Shown here piece after piece: positions 8,335 through 18,160 of a DNA stretch of 64,000 nucleotides. The DNA is from an uncultured Haloferula sp. Lineage in GTDB: Bacteria > Verrucomicrobiota > Verrucomicrobiia > Verrucomicrobiales > Akkermansiaceae. The stretch spans positions 32,769-96,768 of the forward strand of contig CBFGTS010000017.1 of the NCBI GenBank assembly GCA_965652295.1. Reading direction: 5' to 3'. The notes under the pieces were generated by a model. It had not been told where the DNA came from. It searched no databases and worked only from the letters and a program-made list of their open reading frames with translations. Positions within the stretch are counted from its first letter, which is position 1. Each line of letters starts with the position of its first letter. A program made the position numbers and the translations under genes.

Positions 8335-11004
8335 ATGACGCTTCCACCGATTCCGCTGTTCCTCGCCTCCGCAGCCACCGCCTTCCTCCATGCGGCCGAG
8401 GTGGCACCGCCTTTGGAATCCTCGCCGGCGGAAGCGACGGCGGTGAATCCGGTCGATTGGCTTGACCCGATGATCGGTGCCGCGGGCCGTGGGTCGTGCC
8501 CGCCCGGGCCGGTGCTGCCTCATGCTTCCATTTATCCGAGCCCCGATACGCTGGAACCGGCCGCCTCGGGATACCGGCATGGCAGCCCGATCGTGGGCTT
8601 TTCCCAGCTTCACGCCTCGGGTGCGGGCAGCAGCACCGTTTCGTTCGGAAATTTCCTCGTGTCTCCTCGGATCGGAGCTGCCACGGAGGAGAAGGAACAT
8701 GCCTCGGAAATGTCGGAGATGGAGGCCAGGCCGTGGGCTTTCCGTGGAGTGCTCGATCGCTGGAAAACCCGCTGCACCGTGGTGCCGGCCCGCCGGGCAG
8801 CGCTCTATCAATTCGAGTTTCCGGCAGATGGTGACGCGCGGATCTGTTTCGATGTCGCACGCAAGTTGGGGAAGAGCGATGGCATGCGTGAGGGGACGCT
8901 GGAGATCGATGCGAAGAGTGGCGAGATCAGCGGCGGCGGAACCTTCGATGGCAACTGGAACCCGGCTCCCTACGAGCTGTTCTTTTGCGCCAAGGTGGAC
9001 CGTGTGCCCGTGTCGGTCGGAGCGTGGGAGGGTGAGCGGGTCACCGAGGGAAGCACGCGGGCGGCGATTCGCGCACGGGGGCGGATGGGCGCCTGGATGG
9101 CCTTCGACACCACGGATGAAAGGCCCGTGCGGCTGAAGATCGCGGTGTCATTCCGCTCGGTGGAAAAGGCCAGGGAGTATCTCGATGCGGATATCCCGGC
9201 GTGGGATCTGGCGGCGCTCGAGACCGATGCCCGGCAGGCTTGGGTTCAGGCTGTTTCGGCGGTGGAAGTCCCGGGCATCGACCCGGCGGAGGGACGCAAG
9301 CTCTATACGGCCCTGTTTCACAGCCTCATCCAACCGCGGAACCGCACCGGCGACGCCGAGGAATTCCCCGATGACGCGGAGTTCTGGGATGACCAGTACA
9401 CCTGCTGGGACACATGGCTGACTTTGTTTCCGTTGCTGACGATCATCCAACCAGAGACGTTGGCCTCGATCGTGAACTCCTTCGGCGAACGCCAGGAACA
9501 CAATGGTCGGGCAGAAACCGCCTTCATCCAGGGAAAGGATTATCAGGTCGGTCAGGGCGGCGACGAAGTGGACGTCATCATCGCCGATGCCTTTGCGAAG
9601 AAGGTGCCGGGCATCGACTGGGAGGGGGTTTGGAAGCTCCTCGCAGCTCACGCCAAGCGTCGCATGCCCGACTATCTCAAGCTCGGATACGTCGCGAGCG
9701 ACGGAGACCATGGCGACTACGACTGGCGGACCCGCTCGGGCTCTTCGACGCTGGCGTTCGCCTACCAGGACTGGGCTGTGGCGCAGGTCGCCCGCGGGCT
9801 GGGCGAGCGTGCGCTGGCGGACCGGCTGCTCAAGCGCTCCGGGTCGTGGCGCGAGGTTTGGGACGAGGAGGCCAGCGGCGATGGCTTCACCGGCTTCGTC
9901 CGAGCCCGGAAAAAAAACGGCAGGTTCAGTGACACTCCCCTGACCGGAGGCGACGATTTCTATCAGGGAACCTCCTGGAACTACTCGTGGAACGTGCCCC
10001 ACGAGCGCGATGCGATGATCGGGAAAATGGGAGGGCGTGCGCGTTTCCTGCAGCGCCTCGATTTCGCCTTCAGGCAGGAGAGCAACGCCTACGTGGACTA
10101 CACCAATGAGGTGTGCTTCCACAGCACCTGGCTCTTCGCGCACGCGGGCAGGCCCTATCTCAGCTCGCACTGGGCCGATCGCCTTCGGCAGCACTACGGA
10201 CCGGACTCGTTTCCCGGCGATGAGGATTCCGGCGCGATGTCGTCCCTCTATTTTTTCCTGACCGCCGGGTTTTTCCCCATCGCGGGTCAGGACCTTTACT
10301 ATCTTCACGGTCCGCGGATCCCGCAGCTCGATTTCCATCTGGCGAATGGCAGGACCTTCACGATCAAGACGGCCAAGGCCGGGGACGCGAATCCCTACAT
10401 CCAGGCGGTCACCCTGAACGGCAGACCACTGGAGCAGCCGGTCATCCGGCATGGCGACCTGATGGAGGGCGGCGTGCTGGCCTTCGAAATGGGAGCCGTT
10501 CCGACCACTTGGGGGACGGCCGGCGACTTTACCCCGGATCTGCGCAAGAGCCGCAGGATCGAATCGGGAGCGTGGAAAGAGTCCGCCGGCATGCAACGTG
10601 CACCGATCCCGCCGGTGACTTTGGAGAAGGAAGGAGACGCGATCACCCTGGCCGCCCGGTTCGAACCCCGCGAAGAGACAGGGAGGCTCGATTTCAGCTG
10701 GGGTATGAACGGATATCTCGCCCACTCCGGCAGTGAGCCGACCTTCACGAATCCCGCCGGAGAAACGGTCGCGCACTACTCCCTGCCTTCTGCTGCGGCC
10801 GCGCCCTGCCGGCTCGTCCTGACGCTGCGGAGAAACGCCCGTCAGGGCATCGATTTTCATGCGGCGGCCTACCGCGAGTCCGACTCTCAACTGGTCTGCG
10901 CGTTCACAGGCAGCGACCCGGCGCCGGCTTCCTACCGGATCGGTGAAGCGGTGTTTTCGAGCGACCACGAAGGCGAACTCCGCGCTGTCATGGCGACACC
11001 GTAG
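8335..11004 (+). CDS. exported GH92 family glycoside hydrolase (alpha-mannosidase-like) with C-terminal extension
   Basis: Signal peptide, LYTALFHSL, WDT, NEV and PGDEDSGAMSS motifs. The part of the 7531 ORF upstream of 8335 is an antisense shadow of gdhA. Confidence 0.85.
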   Translation: MTLPPIPLFLASAATAFLHAAEVAPPLESSPAEATAVNPVDWLDPMIGAAGRGSCPPGPVLPHASIYPSPDTLEPAASGYRHGSPIVGFSQLHASGAGSSTVSFGNFLVSPRIGAATEEKEHASEMSEMEARPWAFRGVLDRWKTRCTVVPARRAALYQFEFPADGDARICFDVARKLGKSDGMREGTLEIDAKSGEISGGGTFDGNWNPAPYELFFCAKVDRVPVSVGAWEGERVTEGSTRAAIRARGRMGAWMAFDTTDERPVRLKIAVSFRSVEKAREYLDADIPAWDLAALETDARQAWVQAVSAVEVPGIDPAEGRKLYTALFHSLIQPRNRTGDAEEFPDDAEFWDDQYTCWDTWLTLFPLLTIIQPETLASIVNSFGERQEHNGRAETAFIQGKDYQVGQGGDEVDVIIADAFAKKVPGIDWEGVWKLLAAHAKRRMPDYLKLGYVASDGDHGDYDWRTRSGSSTLAFAYQDWAVAQVARGLGERALADRLLKRSGSWREVWDEEASGDGFTGFVRARKKNGRFSDTPLTGGDDFYQGTSWNYSWNVPHERDAMIGKMGGRARFLQRLDFAFRQESNAYVDYTNEVCFHSTWLFAHAGRPYLSSHWADRLRQHYGPDSFPGDEDSGAMSSLYFFLTAGFFPIAGQDLYYLHGPRIPQLDFHLANGRTFTIKTAKAGDANPYIQAVTLNGRPLEQPVIRHGDLMEGGVLAFEMGAVPTTWGTAGDFTPDLRKSRRIESGAWKESAGMQRAPIPPVTLEKEGDAITLAARFEPREETGRLDFSWGMNGYLAHSGSEPTFTNPAGETVAHYSLPSAAAAPCRLVLTLRRNARQGIDFHAAAYRESDSQLVCAFTGSDPAPASYRIGEAVFSSDHEGELRAVMATP

Positions 11005-11073
11005 GCCGCCGGCGGCAGAGGAGCACGCTCTGTGCTCGTCGCCGACCCGTCGGCCGCCTAGCGTGGCGGGGAA

Positions 11074-13128
11074 ATGGAGCGTCTGCGGGTTGATGGAAGG
11101 TTCCTCCGGCAAGGGTCGGAGCGGATTTTTCTGCGCTTGGTGACCTACGGCCCCTTCCCCGGCGGCTGGCCGGCGGAGATGGCGGAGGATTTCCTGTGGA
11201 TCCGGGCGGCGGGCTTCGATGCGGTGCGGCTCTACTCGTGGCCCGGGGCCGATCTGCTCGATGCGGCGGGGGCGGCCGGGCTCCATGTTTTCGCCGCTCC
11301 GGAGTGGCCGCAGGCGGTGGACCTCCGCGATGGCGAAGCGCTCGGCATTGCCCGCGCGGCCTTGGCCGGCGGCCTGGCGGGGATCGGCAACCATCCGGCG
11401 CTGGCCGGCGTGTTCGTGGCGAACGAGATTCCCGCCGACCTGGTGCGCTGGATGGGCGCGGACTGGACGCGGCGGAGGATCGAGGCGCTGATCGATTTCG
11501 GCCGCGAGCGGGCACCGCACCTGATCTGGGCCTACGCCAACTATCCGACCACCGAATACCTTGAGCCGGGCAACGCCGACCTGACGGCGATGAATGTTTA
11601 TCTGGAGGACCCGGTGGCTTTCCGCCGCTACCTGCGCCGGCTGCATCACATCGCGGGCGACCGTCCGCTGCTGCTTTCCGAGTTCGGCATGGATTCGCAG
11701 CGACACGGCGTGGAGAGGCAGGCGGCGATGTTGGAGGCGGCGGTGCGTGCGGCCCGCGAGGAAGGAACCGCGGGATTCACGGTCTATGCGTGGAGCGATC
11801 GGTGGTTCAACGCGGGCGAGGAGATCACCGACTGGGCCTTCGGCCTGATCGATCGCGAAGGGCGGGAAAAACCGGCCCTGACAGCGGTGCGCGAGGCTTT
11901 CTTCGAAGAGCCGGCGACACCGGAGAGGGCGTCGTTTTCCGTGATCGTCTGCACCCGCAACGGACGGGAGAGGATCGGTCCCTGCCTGCGCTCGCTGGAA
12001 AAACTCCACGGCCCGCGACCGGAGCTGATCGTGGTCGATGATGGCTCTACGGACGGCACCGCGGAGATCGTCGAAAGCGAGTTCCCCGGCGTGAAACTCC
12101 TCCGCCAGGAACCGTCCGGCCTGAGTGCCGCGCGCAACGCGGGAGCGGAGGCGGCAGGTGGCGAGCTGCTGGCCTTCACCGATGACGACTGCGAGGCCGA
12201 CGCGGATTGGCTGGCCGAGCTGGCGGCGGTCTTCGCCGACGGTTGGGACGCGGTGGGTGGGCCGAACCTGCCGCCGCCGCCCGTCGGGCCGGTCGAGGCG
12301 GCGATCGCCTCCGCGCCCGGTGCGGCCAGCCACGTGATGCTCGATGACCGCGAGGCCGAGCACGTCCCGGGTTGCAATCTCGCGGTACGACGCACGGCGT
12401 ATTTCGCCATCGGCGGCTTCGACCCGCGCTTCCGCACGGCGGGCGATGACGTGGACTTCTGCTGGCGGCTGCGCGATGCGGGGATGCGGATCGGTTTCGC
12501 CCCGAACGCCTTCGTCTGGCACCACCGGAGGCCTTGCGCGGTTGGCTACCTGAAGCAGCAGCTCGGATACGGCCGGGCGGAGGCGCTGCTGATGGCGAAG
12601 TTCCCGCGGCGTTTTTCTCCGGCAGGCGATGCGCGCTGGCAGGGTGTTATCTACACCGGTTCACCGGTCCGCGCGACCGGTTCGGCGGTCATTTACCATG
12701 GGCCGATGGGTCTCGCCGGCTATCAGGGGGTGATCGCCCGCATGCAGCCGCTGCGGGATCTGGAGGCGGGCTACGATCGACCGTGGGCGCGTGTGCTCCT
12801 GAAGACCCTCACCTGGCTTGCCCCGCGGTTGCGTGCCAAGGCGCGGACCGGGAAATTCATCGGGCCGGTGGACGCCCGTCCGCCCGCGATTCCTCCGGCA
12901 GACAAGGAGTTTTTCCATTGGGACCAGAGGCCGCGGGAAGTGATTCTGCGCGCGTGGCTGGCCGACGGCTGGAAGGCGGCGGGCAGCGGGGATTTCTGGG
13001 ATTTGGAAAAGCGCGGGACCCGGGTGCTGATCGCCTGCGAACGCCACGATCACGGTGTGACCCGGGTGTGCGTGAGGGTGTGGGGGAAGATCGACGCGAT
13101 CGAGTTCCAAAGGAGCGGCGGGCAGTGA
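11074..13128 (+). CDS. GT2 glycosyltransferase fused to an N-terminal GH-A-like TIM barrel
   Basis: N-terminal VANE and LSEFG. C-terminal SVIVCTRN, VDDGSTD, FTDDDC and GDDVDFCWR. Confidence 0.85.
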   Translation: MERLRVDGRFLRQGSERIFLRLVTYGPFPGGWPAEMAEDFLWIRAAGFDAVRLYSWPGADLLDAAGAAGLHVFAAPEWPQAVDLRDGEALGIARAALAGGLAGIGNHPALAGVFVANEIPADLVRWMGADWTRRRIEALIDFGRERAPHLIWAYANYPTTEYLEPGNADLTAMNVYLEDPVAFRRYLRRLHHIAGDRPLLLSEFGMDSQRHGVERQAAMLEAAVRAAREEGTAGFTVYAWSDRWFNAGEEITDWAFGLIDREGREKPALTAVREAFFEEPATPERASFSVIVCTRNGRERIGPCLRSLEKLHGPRPELIVVDDGSTDGTAEIVESEFPGVKLLRQEPSGLSAARNAGAEAAGGELLAFTDDDCEADADWLAELAAVFADGWDAVGGPNLPPPPVGPVEAAIASAPGAASHVMLDDREAEHVPGCNLAVRRTAYFAIGGFDPRFRTAGDDVDFCWRLRDAGMRIGFAPNAFVWHHRRPCAVGYLKQQLGYGRAEALLMAKFPRRFSPAGDARWQGVIYTGSPVRATGSAVIYHGPMGLAGYQGVIARMQPLRDLEAGYDRPWARVLLKTLTWLAPRLRAKARTGKFIGPVDARPPAIPPADKEFFHWDQRPREVILRAWLADGWKAAGSGDFWDLEKRGTRVLIACERHDHGVTRVCVRVWGKIDAIEFQRSGGQ

Positions 13129-13227
13129 TCGCCGGGCAGGGATAGGGCAGCCGGAGTGCTGTCGCAGTCGGGTTCGAGGTCCTTCAGGTGGTTTGTTCCC
13201 GCAGAGCCGTAGGGGGAGCTCATTCCT

Positions 13228-13869
13228 TCAACCTCTGCCGCGCAGCAACGGATGGCCCTTCTTCGCCTCGGTGATGTGCGGGGGACGCAGGTAGGCGGGC
13301 TGGGGGGGCTCGGAGCGGAGGCGGACCTTCGTTTCCTCCGGCAGGGAAAGCCAGGTCTCGGCGAGGAGCGTGGCCTTCGGATGCAGTTGGACGACCTCCC
13401 GACCGAGGCCGAGACGGGTGACGTTTTCGAAAGAAAAGACCGTCCGGACATCGCCCAACAGCTCCGCCAAGGCGGCGGGATCGAGGAGTTCGGGCTCCGG
13501 GATGCCTTTTCCTACGCGGGCCCACCAGGCACTGCCGCGGCGCGCGTCGCCGACCGCCACCCCCTCCCTCACCGGGGTCGCCAGCAGCGATGAAAGTCCG
13601 ACCGCCGGGCAGGCATGAACCAGCGCCACGCCCTGGCCGGCGGCGATTCCGACCCGCGTGCCGCTGTAGCTGCCAGGGCCGGTCCCGATCACGACCTCAT
13701 CGAGCCGCTCGTCTCCGAGGATCCGCAGCGCCTCCTCCAGTGGAGCGAAAAGCAGCGAGTTGTGATTCCGGTCGCTCTCGAAGCCGCCCTCGAAAACACA
13801 TCCGCTGTCACGGAACAGCGCGAGAGAGGCGCGGTTCGTGCTGGATTCGATCGCAAGCAAGGTCGGCAC
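13228..13869 (-). CDS. tsaB: tRNA threonylcarbamoyladenosine biosynthesis protein TsaB
   Basis: LAIESS, GPGSYSGTRVG, DARR and PAYLRPP motifs. Confidence 0.9.
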   Translation of the reverse strand: MPTLLAIESSTNRASLALFRDSGCVFEGGFESDRNHNSLLFAPLEEALRILGDERLDEVVIGTGPGSYSGTRVGIAAGQGVALVHACPAVGLSSLLATPVREGVAVGDARRGSAWWARVGKGIPEPELLDPAALAELLGDVRTVFSFENVTRLGLGREVVQLHPKATLLAETWLSLPEETKVRLRSEPPQPAYLRPPHITEAKKGHPLLRGRG

Positions 13870-13997
13870 CCCCGGGCGATACCTCCCGAACGCCCGTCTA
13901 GCAAGGATTGGGGATTCTCCCTTGCACGGATTCGGCCGACCCGCTTTGTTGCCTCAGGACCGCCATGAGGGGCGGTTTCCAAAAATTTCCACCAATC

Positions 13998-15128
13998 ATG
14001 ACCGAATACTCGAAAGGCCTCGCAGGAGTCATCGCCAACGAATCCTCGCTCTCGAATGTCCGCGGCGAAGAAGGAGAGCTGATTTACGTCGGTTATGGCA
14101 TCGACAGCCTCGTCGAGCACTGCACCTACGAGGAAGTCGTCCACCTGCTTCATCACGGAAAATTGCCGAACCAGCAGGAATTGCACGCCTTTGAGAAAGC
14201 ACTGCGGGCCGAACGCAGCCTGCCTGACGGCGTGATCGCGTTCCTCAAATCCGCACCGAAAGATGCGAATCCAATGGATGTGCTGCGCACCGGCGTCTCC
14301 ATGCTGGGTCTCTATGACCACCGTGCCGAGATTGGTGAACCGGACCACGCGAAGCTCGCCGCGTGCGCCATCTCGTTGGTTTCGAAGGTTTCATTGATCG
14401 TCGCCGCCTTCCACCGTTTCCGCCAAGGCTTGGAGCTGCCGAAAATCCGCAAGGACCTCTCCGAAGCCGGCCATTTCCTATGGCTCATCACCGGCGAAGA
14501 GCCGACCGCCCGCGCCACCAAGATCCTCGACGTGGCGCTGACGCTGCACGCCGACCACGGCATGAACGCCTCGACTTTCTCCGCCCGCGTCACCGTGGCC
14601 ACGCTGTCCGACATCTACTCGGCCATCACTTCGGCCGTCGGGACGCTCAAGGGGCCGCTCCATGGCGGGGCCAACGAGGGCGTGATCCAGATGTTGCTGG
14701 AAATCGGCGATCTCGACAAGGTGGACGCCTACGTCGAGGGCAAGCTCGAGCGGAAGGAAAAGATCATGGGCATCGGCCACCGCGTGTATCGGACGCTCGA
14801 TCCACGCGCTCCCCACCTGCGCAAGCTGGCCATCCAGCTGACCGAAGAACTCGGCGAGCCGAAGTGGATCCAGATGTCCGAGCGCATCGCGGAAATCATG
14901 CGCGAGCGGAAGAACCTCAACGCGAACGTCGATTTCTATTCGGCCACCGTTTACTACTCGCTGGGCATCCCGACGGACCTGTTCACGCCGATCTTCGCGA
15001 TCGCCCGCACCAGCGGCTGGACCGCCCAGGTGCTTGAGCAGCTGCGCGACAACCGCCTCTACCGCCCGCTCACGCTTTACACCGGGCCGGAGGAAGCCCA
15101 GTCGGTCCCGCCGATCGAGCAACGTTGA
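13998..15128 (+). CDS. gltA: citrate synthase
   Basis: HADHGMNASTF, GPLHGGANE, GIGHRVY and NVDFYSA motifs. Confidence 0.93.
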   Translation: MTEYSKGLAGVIANESSLSNVRGEEGELIYVGYGIDSLVEHCTYEEVVHLLHHGKLPNQQELHAFEKALRAERSLPDGVIAFLKSAPKDANPMDVLRTGVSMLGLYDHRAEIGEPDHAKLAACAISLVSKVSLIVAAFHRFRQGLELPKIRKDLSEAGHFLWLITGEEPTARATKILDVALTLHADHGMNASTFSARVTVATLSDIYSAITSAVGTLKGPLHGGANEGVIQMLLEIGDLDKVDAYVEGKLERKEKIMGIGHRVYRTLDPRAPHLRKLAIQLTEELGEPKWIQMSERIAEIMRERKNLNANVDFYSATVYYSLGIPTDLFTPIFAIARTSGWTAQVLEQLRDNRLYRPLTLYTGPEEAQSVPPIEQR

Positions 15129-15135
15129 CCCGACG

Positions 15136-15852
15136 GTGCGCGCCTTTGATCCGCTGGCGTTCCTGAAGCAGTTCGGTGACGAAGCGCGGCACCGAGGGCT
15201 CACCGCCCTGCGCCTCGCCGAAACCGCGGCCGGACCGGTGATGGCCTACACGCCCTCCTCCCCCGAGGGCGCGCGATATCTTTCCGCCGGGATCCATGGC
15301 GACGAACCCGCCGGCCCGCTTGCCGCACTTGAATTGCTGCGTGGCGGACAGCTCGACGACGGCTGGATCATCTGCCCCGCGCTCAACCCCACCGGCCTCG
15401 CCGCCGCCACCCGGGAGAACGCCGAGGGTGTCGATTTGAACCGCGATTACCTCCGCCTCGAAACCGCCGAGATCCGTGCCCACGCTGCCTGGTTGGAATC
15501 GATGGTCACCCCGCAGGCCTTCGTTTCCCTGCATGAGGACTGGGAATGCAGCGGGTTCTATTTTTACGAGATCAACCTTGGCGAAGACCGCCCGGAGCGG
15601 GCCCAAGCGATCCTCGATGCCGTCACTCCGTGCTTCCCGCCCGAGCCGGAAGCCAGCATCGACGACCACGACACCCGCGAGCCCGGCTGGATTTATCATG
15701 GTGCCGAGGCCGATCTGCCCCACGACTGGCCGGAAGCCATCTACCTCGCCAAACGCGGCTGCCCGATCTCCTTCACTTTCGAAACGCCGAGTTCGAAAGA
15801 ACTCACGAAGCGCATCGCCGCCCACGTCGCCGCCTTTAAGGCGGCGATGTAG
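15136..15852 (+). CDS. M14-family metallopeptidase / succinylglutamate desuccinylase-like protein
   Basis: SAGIHGDEPAG, RENAEGVDLNRDY, SLHEDWE and FETPS motifs. GTG start assumed. Confidence 0.82.
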   Translation: MRAFDPLAFLKQFGDEARHRGLTALRLAETAAGPVMAYTPSSPEGARYLSAGIHGDEPAGPLAALELLRGGQLDDGWIICPALNPTGLAAATRENAEGVDLNRDYLRLETAEIRAHAAWLESMVTPQAFVSLHEDWECSGFYFYEINLGEDRPERAQAILDAVTPCFPPEPEASIDDHDTREPGWIYHGAEADLPHDWPEAIYLAKRGCPISFTFETPSSKELTKRIAAHVAAFKAAM

Positions 15853-15927
15853 GAGGCGGGACGCCTCCGTCCCACAACCGGTGACGCCCGCTGCCACCCT
15901 CGCAGGACGAGGGCGTCCCGCCTCCTA
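15850..15927. repeat. REP-like inverted doublet
   Basis: Perfect 16-bp inverted repeat taggaggcgggacgcc (15850-15865) / ggcgtcccgcctccta (15912-15927). Confidence 0.8.
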
Positions 15928-15967
15928 TTTGATCGAAGCGCCGCGACCGAGTCGTAGCATGGGTCAC

Positions 15968-18157
15968 ATGAAGTGGCTGCTGCCTTTTGCCCTCGTCGCC
16001 ATCGCGACTGCGGAACCGGTCGATGAGTTCATCTCCGCCGCCGCTTCGGAGCACGGTGCCTTCGGCGAAAAGGCGGCCCGTTTTCTGGTGGAGCACATGC
16101 CGGAGAAAGATCGCGACACTCTCAGCGCGGATTTCCTGATCGAGAACCTCGATCTTGCACTGAAGGCTCGCGCGGTTTTCCCGTGGGCCCGGGATGTGCC
16201 GGAAGATCTCTTCCTTAACGACGTGCTTCCCTACGCGGTGTTTGATGAAGCGCGCGACCCGTGGCGGGCGGATTTTTTCGAGAAGTGCGCCCCTCTCGTG
16301 AAGGACACCGCGACCGCCAGCGAGGCGGCGCAGCTCCTCAACAGGGAGTTCTTCGACCTGATCGGAACCCACTACGATACCCGCCGTAGCAAAACCAACC
16401 AGAGCCCGAAGGAATCGATGGAGCAGGGCAAGGCGACCTGCACCGGGCTCTCGATCCTGTTTGTCGATGCCTGTCGCGCGGTCGGCATCCCGGCACGAGC
16501 GGTCGGCACGCCGATGTGGTCCAATGGCCGCGGCAACCACACCTGGGTCGAGATCTGGGACGAGGGTTGGCGCTTCACCGGTGCGGACGAATACGACGAG
16601 GCCGGGCTGAACCGAGGGTGGTTCACCGCCGATGCCGCGCAGGCCAAAGCCGACGACTCCGAACACGCGATCTATGCAACGAGCTGGCGGCGCGATGGCA
16701 TCCATTTCCCCATGGTATGGTCGCCGGGCTCCAAGACCGTCGCCGCGGTCAACGTCACTCATCGCTATGCCAAGAATACCGACGTCCGCCCGCAGCTCGG
16801 CGTGCGCCTGTTCAGTGACGGCGAACGCATGGCGGGGAAAGGCTGGCTGACAAGCGCGAACGGCCGGCGGTTGGCGGAGTTCACGACCAAGGCCGGAACC
16901 ACCGATCTGAACGACATGCCGCGGCTCGCCGTGACGCCCGGTCAAAGCTATCGCTTGTCCTTCGATGATCACGGCGAAACCCCGCCTTTCATCGCGGCAG
17001 CAGGCGAGAACACGCATGACGCCCGGCTCGCCGAGCTGACGCAGCCACCCGCGGCGGTCCTCGCGCTCGCCGCCGACCCCCTGGCCGACCCGTCGTTGTC
17101 CGCCGCGGATGCCGAACGCGTCATTTCCCTGCTCTCGGAGATCGAGCTGGAGAAAAGTCGCGCGGCGCGCGCCGCGGAGTTGGAGAAACGCGGGATCTCC
17201 CTCGATGGCACGACGTTGCGCTGGCTGGAAAAGGACTTCGGCGAGGCCGAGTCAGGCGGTCGCAGCCTGTGGATCTCCATGCACGGCGGCGGCGGCGCAC
17301 CGACGGAGGTGAACGACCAGCAGTGGCGGAACCAGATCGATCTCTACGAACCGGAGGAAGGCATTTACGTCGCCCCGCGGGCGCCGACGGATACCTGGAA
17401 CCTGTGGCATCAGGACCACATCGATCCGCTCTTTTCGCGACTCATCGAGAGCATGATCGCGCTGCGCGGCGTGCATCCGAACAAGGTCTATTTGATGGGG
17501 TACTCCGCCGGCGGTGACGGCGTGTGGCAGCTCGCCCCGCGGATGGCGGACCGTTTCGCCGCGGCGGCGATGATGGCGGGCCACCCGAACGAGGCTTCGC
17601 TGCTGCCGCTGCGGAACCTGCCTTTTGCGATCTTCATGGGTGGCGAGGATGCGGCTTACGACCGGAACAAGATCGCCGCGGAACGGGTCGCCGAGCTCGG
17701 TCGTTTGCGAGCCTCCGATCCGCAGGGTTATGTTCACCTCGCCCGCATCTATGAAGGCCTCGGGCATTGGATGGACCGGCGAGATGCCGAGGCGCTGCCA
17801 TGGATGGCCAAGTTCGAACGCGACCCGTGGCCGCGGAAGATCGTCTGGGTGCAGGACGACGTCACCCACCGCCGCTTCTACTGGCTGCAACTCCCTGGCA
17901 ACTACGCGCCGCAGGCCGGTGAAAGGATCGACGCCTCCGTGGACGGCCAGACCATTCATCTCTCCGAAAGCACGCCGCCGGGGACGGTGCTTCTCCTTCA
18001 CGACGACCTGTTCGATCTCGACCGTCCGGTGCGGATCGAATGGCGCGGCCGGACCTTCGAGCGGAAACCCAAGCGTCACGCGGATGTCATCCGCCGGGCC
18101 CTCGCTTCGCGGCTCGACCCGCCTTCGTGCCCGACGGCGGAGGTCACCGTCGAGTAG
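15968..18157 (+). CDS. exported transglutaminase-like domain plus alpha/beta-hydrolase fusion protein
   Basis: ATCTGLSI...GIPAR...NHTWVE (Cys/His triad), then HGGG and GYSAGG nucleophile elbow with GLGHW. Confidence 0.8.
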   Translation: MKWLLPFALVAIATAEPVDEFISAAASEHGAFGEKAARFLVEHMPEKDRDTLSADFLIENLDLALKARAVFPWARDVPEDLFLNDVLPYAVFDEARDPWRADFFEKCAPLVKDTATASEAAQLLNREFFDLIGTHYDTRRSKTNQSPKESMEQGKATCTGLSILFVDACRAVGIPARAVGTPMWSNGRGNHTWVEIWDEGWRFTGADEYDEAGLNRGWFTADAAQAKADDSEHAIYATSWRRDGIHFPMVWSPGSKTVAAVNVTHRYAKNTDVRPQLGVRLFSDGERMAGKGWLTSANGRRLAEFTTKAGTTDLNDMPRLAVTPGQSYRLSFDDHGETPPFIAAAGENTHDARLAELTQPPAAVLALAADPLADPSLSAADAERVISLLSEIELEKSRAARAAELEKRGISLDGTTLRWLEKDFGEAESGGRSLWISMHGGGGAPTEVNDQQWRNQIDLYEPEEGIYVAPRAPTDTWNLWHQDHIDPLFSRLIESMIALRGVHPNKVYLMGYSAGGDGVWQLAPRMADRFAAAAMMAGHPNEASLLPLRNLPFAIFMGGEDAAYDRNKIAAERVAELGRLRASDPQGYVHLARIYEGLGHWMDRRDAEALPWMAKFERDPWPRKIVWVQDDVTHRRFYWLQLPGNYAPQAGERIDASVDGQTIHLSESTPPGTVLLLHDDLFDLDRPVRIEWRGRTFERKPKRHADVIRRALASRLDPPSCPTAEVTVE

Positions 18158-18160
18158 CCC

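Noticed and set aside
9148..12525. 1125-aa minus-strand ORF and similar long antisense ORFs (for example 25914-27644, 33416-35239, 42949-44640)
   Set aside because: These are typical high-GC shadow frames opposite well-supported genes and show no recognisable motifs.
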